The notes: a model not told the origin generated them from the sequence alone. A stretch of DNA of 16,695 bases from Candidatus Methylomirabilis sp. (GCA_041498975.1 JBGQJI010000047.1:1-16695); one strand, 5' to 3'; numbered from the stretch's first letter, positions 8,907 through 15,952 are shown. Made by a program: numbers and translations.

Positions 8907-10370
8907 TCAATCGCGCAGCACGCGGATCTGGGGCTCGTCGAGCTCGAGCACACCATCGATCCTTGCGCCATGTGAGGCGAGCGACAGAAGGTATTCGATC
9001 GTCGAGGCCCCGACCTCCTCGCCGGGCACAAGGACAGGGATGCCAGGGGGATAGATCGTCACGATGTCGGAGCTGATACGCCCTTCGGCCTTCGCCAGCG
9101 GCAAATGTTCCGAAGGCGCGAAGAAGGCATCCCTCGGTGGAAGGTGGAACTGCTGGCCCATGGGTGGCAGCAGAGAAGGGGTGGGTCCCCGGGGCGCGGC
9201 TCTTCCGCCGCGCCGGGCCAAGCTGTCCAGGGCTACCACCAGCCGATCCAGGTCGTCTCTCCGATCTCCTATGCTGACAATCACCAGGATATTGAACAGG
9301 TCGGCCATTTCAACCTGGATGCCGAACTCAGCATTCAGGATCGCTGAAACCTCGAACCCGCTGAGCCCCAACCCCTTGACGCAGATGGTGAGTTTGGTCA
9401 CATCCAGGAAAAAGTCGCCGCCTGGCAGATCGGCCTCGCCGAAGCAGGACAGGCCAGGGATGCGATTGATGCGCTCCCTGGCGTCCCTCGCCAGATCGAT
9501 CGCTTTGCTCAACAGCTTCTCCCCCTCGGTGGCCATCTGCATCCTGGCCAGGTCAAGCGAGGCCATCAGAATGTACGAGGGGCTGGTGCTCTGAAGCAGG
9601 TGCAGGAGCCTCGCAACCCTGGAGTGATCGACGTCGCGCCCCTTCAGATGCAGCATGGAGGACTGCGTCATCCCCCCCAGGATTTTATGTGTGGACTGGA
9701 CGCAGACGTGGGCGCCCGCGTCGAGCGCGGACGTCGGCAGCGCAGGGTGGAAATGCAGATGCGGTCCGTGGGCCTCATCGACCAGGACGAGGACTCCCCT
9801 TCGCCTGGCCTCGGAGACGATGGCGCTCAAGTCGGCCGCCACACCATAATAGTTGGGGCTGGTCAGCGAGAGGATCCTGGCGTCCGGATAGCGCTCCAGA
9901 GCGCTGCCAACCTCTTTGTGCGTCACGTTCAGGAGGATCCCCAACTCATGATCGTAAGCGGGCGGGATGAACCGCGGTGTTGCGCCACTCAGAACGATCC
10001 CGGTCAGGATCGATTTGTGGGCATTTCGAGCCACCAGGATCTCGTCTCCCGGGTTGGCAATGGAGAGGACCATCACATGGTTGCCACCCGTGGTCCCATT
10101 GATCAGGAAAAAGGAATGGTCAGCTCCGTAGGCCTCTGCGGCGAGCTCCTGAGCCTCCTTGATGACTCCCACCGGTCGCTGGAGGCAATCCACCTCATCG
10201 AGCGTCGTCAGGTCGATGGTGAAGATCTTGGGCCCGACGAACTTTCGGAAGCGCGTGGAGATCCCCTTGCCGCTCTTGTGGCCTGGGGTATGGAAGGAGA
10301 CCTTTCGACTCTCCGCGAGACTGACCAACGCGTCGAAGAGCGGGGTCTTGTACTGTCGCTCGGGAACCAT
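8907..10370 (-). CDS. speA: PLP-dependent Orn/Lys/Arg decarboxylase (aspartate-aminotransferase fold, Bacillus SpeA-like), probably arginine decarboxylase
   Basis: SFHTPGHK, NGTT, RNAHKS, VDEAHG, PLP-lysine QSTHK, STSPSY, YPPGIP motifs; operonic with speD and speE. Substrate is inferred from context. Confidence 0.85.
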   Translation of the reverse strand: MVPERQYKTPLFDALVSLAESRKVSFHTPGHKSGKGISTRFRKFVGPKIFTIDLTTLDEVDCLQRPVGVIKEAQELAAEAYGADHSFFLINGTTGGNHVMVLSIANPGDEILVARNAHKSILTGIVLSGATPRFIPPAYDHELGILLNVTHKEVGSALERYPDARILSLTSPNYYGVAADLSAIVSEARRRGVLVLVDEAHGPHLHFHPALPTSALDAGAHVCVQSTHKILGGMTQSSMLHLKGRDVDHSRVARLLHLLQSTSPSYILMASLDLARMQMATEGEKLLSKAIDLARDARERINRIPGLSCFGEADLPGGDFFLDVTKLTICVKGLGLSGFEVSAILNAEFGIQVEMADLFNILVIVSIGDRRDDLDRLVVALDSLARRGGRAAPRGPTPSLLPPMGQQFHLPPRDAFFAPSEHLPLAKAEGRISSDIVTIYPPGIPVLVPGEEVGASTIEYLLSLASHGARIDGVLELDEPQIRVLRD

Positions 10371-10795
10371 CAGGAAGATAGGGTAGAGGGTATAGGGGAT
10401 AGGGTAGACGGCGGAAAAATAGCGGAGAGGAATGATGCGCAGGATGAATTCGGCTTCTGCGGATTCAGGTCAAGTCTTCTCTCTAGACCCTCCACCCTCA
10501 ACCCTAGACCCTCGCAGGAAGCTAGGGTAGAGGGGTTAGGGGATAGGGTATAGGCAAAAGCGACGAGAGGAGGGACGGAGGACTCAATCACAAGGACAAT
10601 GCCTTCCGTTGGGATCACTTTGAGATCTGAGACCCTTCACCCTATACCCTAGACCCTCGCAGGAAGCTAGGGTAGAGGGGTTAGGGTAAAGGGGAAGAAC
10701 ACAGGGAGACAAGGGGAGGACTCAGTCACCAGGCCAATACCTCCATTTCGGATCACCTTGAGATCTGAGACCCTTCACCCTATACCCTAGACCCT
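10371..10795. repeat. Tandem array C: three ~144-bp heptamer inverted-repeat units
   Basis: Units start with CAGGAAG at 10371, 10515, 10660. The 41-nt junction ACCCTAGACCCTCGCAGGAAGCTAGGGTAGAGGGGTTAGGG is identical at 10501-10541 and 10646-10686. Confidence 0.93.
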
Positions 10796-10801
10796 GATCG
10801 T

Positions 10802-11719
10802 TTAGCGGAAGGTAAAGAGCGGGTGGTTGTCCTCGATGATCCGCTTCTCCTCCTGCACTCGCTGACGCAGATATTTTGGGAGGAGGAAGGACATCTGATG
10901 CGTGGGGCCATCATAATACCGAAGGTCACTCTTGAGACGCCGCGCGATGAGGCGATCGATGGCAACAGGCCCCAGCTCTCGTGGATCGGGGCCTTTGGAA
11001 GCCACCGAGAATCCCCACGGAAGGGCAAAGCTGGGGATGCTGGCCCAGTAGGGGGCCACGATGGGGAAGACGGTGAGCAGTGTCTGGTGGATGGCCGCGA
11101 AACAGGACAGGTCAGAGAGACTGACCGGGCCGGCTTGCAACGCGATAATACCCTGTTCCGTCAGGCGCCGGTCCACAAGTTGATAGAACTCCTTGGTAAA
11201 GAGGAGATAGGCCGGACCCTCTTCAACGGGCTCGGAGATGTCGATGATGATCACATCGAAGCGTTCTTCCGTCTCCTCCAGGTACCGCCTGGCGTCCAGG
11301 AAGCGGACGTCGGCCCGCGGATCGTCGAATGAACCTTGGTGCCACTCGGGAAGAAGCTCCTTGCACTGGGTCACCACCTCCTCATCGATATCCACCATGA
11401 GGGCCCGCTCCACGGTCGGGTGTCGAAGCACCTCCCGCAGCGTGGCCCCTTCGCCGCCGCCAACGATGAAAACGCTCTTGGGGGCAGGATGGGCCAGCAT
11501 GGCCGGGTGGACCAGTGTCTCGTGGTAGATGAACTCATCGAGGAGGCTCGACTGGACCTTGCCGTCGAGGACGAGCGCCTTCCCGTAGCTGCCCAGCTCC
11601 AAAATGTCGAGGGATTGAAAGGGGGTCTGAGTGGAGAACAGTACTCGGCGAATCCCGTGCAGGTGCCCTTCTTCCGGGCTCAACGTTTCAATGAACCAGC
11701 GATAGTTCTTGATCGGCAC
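10802..11719 (-). CDS. speE: Polyamine aminopropyltransferase (SpeE family)
   Basis: LVLDGKVQS, DEFIYHETLVHPAM, VGGGEGATLREVL, MVDIDEEVV, FDVIIID motifs. True start is probably GTG 11719 (SD GGAG); the ORF track's extension to 11899 lies inside speD. Confidence 0.95.
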   Translation of the reverse strand: MPIKNYRWFIETLSPEEGHLHGIRRVLFSTQTPFQSLDILELGSYGKALVLDGKVQSSLLDEFIYHETLVHPAMLAHPAPKSVFIVGGGEGATLREVLRHPTVERALMVDIDEEVVTQCKELLPEWHQGSFDDPRADVRFLDARRYLEETEERFDVIIIDISEPVEEGPAYLLFTKEFYQLVDRRLTEQGIIALQAGPVSLSDLSCFAAIHQTLLTVFPIVAPYWASIPSFALPWGFSVASKGPDPRELGPVAIDRLIARRLKSDLRYYDGPTHQMSFLLPKYLRQRVQEEKRIIEDNHPLFTFR

Positions 11720-12122
11720 CGACGAGCTTCTCCGTGGCCGCAGGCAGTTTGTGGGCGAGCTTCCCAATATGCCCCGGGATGATGCCCCGCCGGATCTCCA
11801 GGACCGAAGGCTTCTTGCAGCGAAACCGTACGGCGATGTAGTCGACGGCCACCTCCGGGTTGATGACATCCCCACAGGTGAAGATGTCAACCGCGGCATA
11901 CCGATATTCCGGCCAGGTGTGAATGGAGAAGTGAGATTCGGCGATGACCACCACGCCGCTCACGCCGAAGGGGTTGAACTCGTGGAAGGAGGTGTCTACA
12001 ATTGTGGCCTTGCAGGCCTTCGCCGCGGAAACCAGAATCTCCTTGACAACATCAACTTTTTTCAGCAACTCCGGGTTACAACCGTGTAGTTCCACCAACA
12101 GGTGTTTCCCGAGTGCTTGCAA
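11688..12122 (-). CDS. speD: S-adenosylmethionine decarboxylase proenzyme (short class 1B)
   Basis: GKHLLVELHGC, FHEFNPFGVSGVVVIAESHFSIHTWPE (ES self-cleavage/pyruvoyl site), AAVDIFTCG. Start TTG 12122 with SD GAAGGGGG. Confidence 0.95.
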   Translation of the reverse strand: MQALGKHLLVELHGCNPELLKKVDVVKEILVSAAKACKATIVDTSFHEFNPFGVSGVVVIAESHFSIHTWPEYRYAAVDIFTCGDVINPEVAVDYIAVRFRCKKPSVLEIRRGIIPGHIGKLAHKLPAATEKLVGADQELSLVH

Positions 12123-12189
12123 CGATCTACCCCCTTCGTGAGAGTTGTTGGCCGATACCCACCTCCTGCCGTCCTCGTGCTTTAAACGC

Positions 12190-12217
12190 GTTATACCCTC
12201 TTTTGACAAAATTGCAA
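12190..12217 (-). promoter_or_regulatory. Putative sigma70 promoter for the speD operon
   Basis: Minus strand TTGCAA (12212-12217), 16-nt spacer, TATAAC (12190-12195) in an AT-rich patch. Confidence 0.55.
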
Positions 12218-12355
12218 GAAAAAAATTCAGAGCCCATTCCTCGCCCGCGTCAGGAGGCAACGGGCACTTCAGAAGTCAATGGTAGGAGGAGTGACAGCGG
12301 TCTCGACCGGATCCCTCCCAGAGCAGACGATCTGACCGCGGGCGCAAATTCCTGG

Positions 12356-12385
12356 TTGACAATCCGGTCATTCTTTCGCTACAAA
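12356..12385 (+). promoter_or_regulatory. Putative sigma70 promoter for the DegT gene
   Basis: TTGACA at 12356-12361, 18-nt spacer, weak -10 TACAAA at 12380-12385. Confidence 0.45.
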
Positions 12386-12435
12386 TGGTGCCGTTGCATG
12401 GATAATTGGCTACGACAGGGTTCGGGAGGAAAAGC

Positions 12436-13563
12436 TTGAACGTGCCGCTTTTGGACCTTCGCGCTCAGTACTTCGCTATCAAAGACGAGGTGCGTGCCGC
12501 GTTGGAGGAGGTATACGAACGCCAGCATTTCATCCTTGGCGCGAAGGTCACCGCCCTCGAGTCCGAAATCGCCCTGTACTGCGGAGCGCGCCACGCCGTC
12601 GGAGTCTCCTCAGGAACCGATGCCCTTCTGAGTGCCCTGATGGCGCTCGGCATCGGCCCAGGCGACGAGGTCATCACCACTCCCTACACCTTTTTCGCCA
12701 CCGCCGGCTCCATCGTTCGGACCGGAGCACGGCCGGTCTTCGTCGATATCGACCCCGTTAGCTTTAACCTGGAGCCATCCCTGGTGGAGGATCGGGTAAC
12801 GCCGAAGACCAAGGTTCTCCTTCCCGTGCACCTGTTCGGCCGATGCGCTGAGATGGCGCCACTCCTTGCTCTGGCGGCCCGGCACCACTTGGCCATCGTC
12901 GAGGACGCGGCCCAGGCAATCGGCGCCGAGACCGGCGATGGAAGGCGGGCGGGAAGTATCGGGAGCCTTGGCTGCCTCTCGTTCTACCCGACGAAGAACT
13001 TGGGCGGTTTCGGAGACGGCGGCATGGTCTTAACCGACGATTTCCGACTGATGGCTCTTCTCCGAAGCCTCAGGCAGCACGGCAGCGAAGGTTACTACGA
13101 GCACCCGCGGGTCGGCGGGAACTTCCGCCTGGATGAACTGCAGGCCGCGGTCCTCCTCGTCAAGCTCAGGCGCCTGGATGGATGGACCGAGGCCCGACAG
13201 GCGCGCGCCCGCCGGTACAACGACGCGTTTCGAGCCCTTGGCCTCGATAGCCCCGACGCGCTCATCCTTCCCGAGATTCCGAAGACGGGACGCCACGTCT
13301 TCAATCAGTATGTCCCTAGGACACGCCGCCGCGATGACCTGGCCCGCTTCCTTCACGGGCGGGGAATCGGCACCGCCATCTACTACCCCAAGCCTCTCCA
13401 CCTCCAGGAGTGTTTCGCCTTCCTCGGACACAAGCACGGTGACTTTCCGGAATCAGAGCGGGCCGCCCATGAAGCCCTGGCTTTGCCCGTCTACCCGGAG
13501 CTGACCGCTGACATGCAGGAGTATGTCATCGAGGCAGTAGGCGCCTTCTTCAAGGGACGATAA
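12436..13563 (+). CDS. DegT/DnrJ/EryC1/StrS family PLP-dependent nucleotide-sugar aminotransferase
   Basis: VPLLDL, SSGTDAL, GDEVIT..TFFATA, VEDAAQAIGA, PLP-lysine SFYPTKNLGGFGDGG, NFRLDELQAA. Start probably TTG 12436 after GGGAGG; the ORF track starts at 12406. Confidence 0.93.
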   Translation: MNVPLLDLRAQYFAIKDEVRAALEEVYERQHFILGAKVTALESEIALYCGARHAVGVSSGTDALLSALMALGIGPGDEVITTPYTFFATAGSIVRTGARPVFVDIDPVSFNLEPSLVEDRVTPKTKVLLPVHLFGRCAEMAPLLALAARHHLAIVEDAAQAIGAETGDGRRAGSIGSLGCLSFYPTKNLGGFGDGGMVLTDDFRLMALLRSLRQHGSEGYYEHPRVGGNFRLDELQAAVLLVKLRRLDGWTEARQARARRYNDAFRALGLDSPDALILPEIPKTGRHVFNQYVPRTRRRDDLARFLHGRGIGTAIYYPKPLHLQECFAFLGHKHGDFPESERAAHEALALPVYPELTADMQEYVIEAVGAFFKGR

Positions 13564-13586
13564 ACCCCAACATGCGTTGGCGCCTG

Positions 13587-13626
13587 AAAAAACCACGCCG
13601 GCCTTGGTTGTTGCAGGCCGGCGTGG
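13587..13626 (-). terminator. Rho-independent terminator of the metallopeptidase gene (hairpin lies between convergent genes)
   Basis: 12-bp perfect stem CCACGCCGGCCT/AGGCCGGCGTGG (13593-13604 and 13615-13626), 10-nt loop, followed by T6 on the minus strand. Confidence 0.85.
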
Positions 13627-13686
13627 CGTCTGGTCTCGCGTCGATACTATTCGAGTCCTATCACGTCACTTCCGTGTTCGACCCCT

Positions 13687-15750
13687 CTACTGCACCGTAA
13701 AGTTCGTGCTGGCGCTCCCGAAGATGGCATTCTTCTGGTTGGCGTCGGCGCGGACCTGGTAGACCCCTCTCGGATCTTTACTCCGCACCGCGAATTTGTA
13801 CACGGCCGACCCACCTGCCTTGGTCGTCAGGCTCTTCGTGACCACGGCGCCATTGGGTTTCGTGATGGTGAAGGCCACGCCAGCTTTCGTTACCGGAGAT
13901 CCGCCCAACGTCACCATGGCCGTGATGGAGACCGTCCGCTTGGAGCCGCTGTCCAACTTACTCAACTCATTAGTGGCCACGCTAACGTTGAGCGAGGAGG
14001 CAATCACATACGTCGCTGAGGCCGAACCGGCGGAGGTCTGGTCTGTGCCGGCGCGGGCCGTCACTCCGACCTGGTAGGCCCCATTGGTCGCCGAGGCCGG
14101 AGAGGTCACGCGGAAGGTCGTGGAGGCCCCCGCGCCCGGCCCAAGGGTGAGCGTCGAGGGCGCGAAGGTCGCCGTCCATCCGCCTGGCACGGTCGCCTGG
14201 AGGGAAACGCTGGATGCGGGGCAGCCCGCGCTGTTGGTGTTGGTGACTGCGACAGTGTAGCTTACGGGCGTCCCGGGCTGGACCTGCTGGCTCTGGCCCG
14301 GGGAGATCGCCACGCTTGGAGTCGCCCGCACGCAGGTGACGGGTGGCGCGTTCCCGAAGGTGACCTGTACGGCGGCGTGGTCGGTGCTCGCCCAGATCGG
14401 GGCGATCGTGACGCCCGCCTCGGCATCGTGGAAGCTCTGGCCCACCACCAGGGCGGGGTCGGACCAGGAGGTGGTCGAGGCCGTCATGTCCAGCAGGTCG
14501 CTGCTATTGGCGCTCGACTCGGACGCCAGGTGGACCACCACCCCGTTCAGGACATTGCTGTTGCCGGCAAGGAAGTCGTCGAAGCCGAGCGCCTGGCGGA
14601 ACTCCACGTAGTACCAGTCCCGCTTCCCGGTCGAGGGGTTCGTGGCCTTCAGGATCTTCAGCGCCTTGGAGTTGGCGCCCACTGTTTCGTAGGGATCCAC
14701 CCAGTAGGTCCCGTCGGCCTGAACGGTGGTCAGGGGCGGCGAGGCGGCGGCGTTCAGCCACCCGAGCCACTCCTTCTGGTAGGCGTTGTAGTGGCCGGTG
14801 GAGGCGCCCATGATGTCCAGCGTGTCGCCGTACTCGACTGCGGTGCAATTGGTCCCGAGTGTCGCGCTGCCGCAGTCCAGGGCGTGCGAATGGTAGAGGC
14901 CCAGGTTATGCCCCAGCTCGTGCCCGGCCACCTGCAACTGGAGGCTCCCGTTGATCCATGCCATGGAGGGGTTGCCGCCGACCGTCCCGAGGCCCCACCA
15001 GCCGCAGGCGTTCTGCGGAAAGGCATAGACGTAGCGGGCATAGCCGGACAGATTGACACCTGCCGCAGCCGCGGCCGACTGGGCGTAGCTCGCGATCTTC
15101 TGATAGTCGCAGACCGTGCTGTCCAGAGGGATGGTGTACCAGCCGTACACGTCCCCGGTCAGCGAGGTCTGCTGGTAGGAGCCTTCCAGGAAGAAGTTGC
15201 TGGTCGTGGTAAAGACCACACCCCTGGCATATGATACCGTATACGGGTGGTCGGTCGACTTATCCTGAAAGTTGACGAGGATCACGACGGTGCGCTGCGT
15301 CCCGAAGGTGTTCGGCAAGGACGCCGAGAGGACCTCGACGCTGGTGCTGCCTGACTCCAGCGCGAGGGCGTGATCGGTTTGAGGATCGGCGCTATCGGGT
15401 TCCAGCGCCATGGGCTGCTCGATCCGGCTCCCCTTGACGCGGATCCAAGAGCCCGTGTGGAGCCTGGGAGCGTCGGCCGCGAAATGGAGCGAGAATCGCT
15501 TTCCGTCGGCCTCCAAGACGTAGTGGATACGGCTCCCATCGTCCCGATCCTCATGCAGGATCTCCAGCGTCCCCTCGACTTCCATCTGCTCCTCAAACGC
15601 GGAGGCGCGCGCTCCTGCTGACGGGGCGCCCTGCCCAAAGGCGGTCCCCGCTGTGATGGCGAGGATGAGACCAAGCAGGGCGATGGTAGCGGCCAGGGGG
15701 AAGAGTGCCAGGCGAGTGCTGACTGCGTGCGAAGCGTTGCGCAGGACCAT
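13687..15750 (-). CDS. Secreted metzincin zinc metallopeptidase (M11 gametolysin/M6-like) with C-terminal beta-sandwich domains (NEW3/Ig-like)
   Basis: Signal peptide; HELGHNLGLYH (HExxHxxGxxH); EYGD..DIMG Met-turn; YYVEFRQ; Thr/Ser/Val-rich C-terminus (VPGGWTA..TLGPG..TFRVTSP); SD AAAGGAG. Confidence 0.85.
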   Translation of the reverse strand: MVLRNASHAVSTRLALFPLAATIALLGLILAITAGTAFGQGAPSAGARASAFEEQMEVEGTLEILHEDRDDGSRIHYVLEADGKRFSLHFAADAPRLHTGSWIRVKGSRIEQPMALEPDSADPQTDHALALESGSTSVEVLSASLPNTFGTQRTVVILVNFQDKSTDHPYTVSYARGVVFTTTSNFFLEGSYQQTSLTGDVYGWYTIPLDSTVCDYQKIASYAQSAAAAAGVNLSGYARYVYAFPQNACGWWGLGTVGGNPSMAWINGSLQLQVAGHELGHNLGLYHSHALDCGSATLGTNCTAVEYGDTLDIMGASTGHYNAYQKEWLGWLNAAASPPLTTVQADGTYWVDPYETVGANSKALKILKATNPSTGKRDWYYVEFRQALGFDDFLAGNSNVLNGVVVHLASESSANSSDLLDMTASTTSWSDPALVVGQSFHDAEAGVTIAPIWASTDHAAVQVTFGNAPPVTCVRATPSVAISPGQSQQVQPGTPVSYTVAVTNTNSAGCPASSVSLQATVPGGWTATFAPSTLTLGPGAGASTTFRVTSPASATNGAYQVGVTARAGTDQTSAGSASATYVIASSLNVSVATNELSKLDSGSKRTVSITAMVTLGGSPVTKAGVAFTITKPNGAVVTKSLTTKAGGSAVYKFAVRSKDPRGVYQVRADANQKNAIFGSASTNFTVQ

Positions 15751-15801
15751 GGGGATCTCTCCTTTCTCCAGAAAGATCCCCGTCCCGGTAGGTACGGTGG
15801 T

Positions 15802-15895
15802 TCTTCTCTTTCGGCAACCCGGCTATCCCGATGACCTCGGGATCCGTGGTTTTGCGTCCCCCGATTGCTCGAGGTTTGCCTTTGTCGGGAGAAGA
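15802..15895 (-). ncRNA. GEMM-I (c-di-GMP-I / c-AMP-GMP class) riboswitch aptamer
   Basis: Minus strand TCTTCTCCCGACAAAGGCAAACCTCGAGCAATCGGGGGACGCAAAACCACGGATCCCGAGGTCATCGGGATAGCCGGGTTGCCGAAAGAGAAGA. It has the GGCAAAC, GACGCAAA and GGGTTGCCGAA motifs, P2 with a GCAA tetraloop, P3, and P1 TCTTCTC/GAGAAGA, in the 5' UTR of the peptidase. Confidence 0.93.
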
Positions 15896-15952
15896 TCTTT
15901 CAGTTTTGAGGTCTGGCTATTCGTGTCCGGTGCGTTCTTAGAATATAGACAA

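Noticed and set aside
206..10553. Long plus-strand ORFs (206-1648, 1703-2782, 2972-4147, 5389-7107, 7229-9076, 9600-10553)
   Set aside because: Antisense shadows of well-supported minus-strand genes in high-GC DNA; no recognisable motifs.
10750..10758. GGATCACCT matching the 16S rRNA 3' tail; on minus it precedes a mini-ORF MEVLAW*
   Set aside because: Only 9 nt, and neither the full match nor the ATG is kept in the homologous core of unit 2; not an rRNA fragment.
10371..10795. CRISPR array interpretation of the repeated 41-nt junction
   Set aside because: Only two exact copies, intervals of about 100 nt, intervals 2 and 3 are homologous to each other, and there are no cas genes in the window.
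11688..11899. speD/speE fusion by programmed frameshift, or a frameshifted pseudogene
   Set aside because: Both proteins look complete, speE has its own SD plus GTG at 11719 giving an ordinary 32-nt overlap, and no slippery site is evident.
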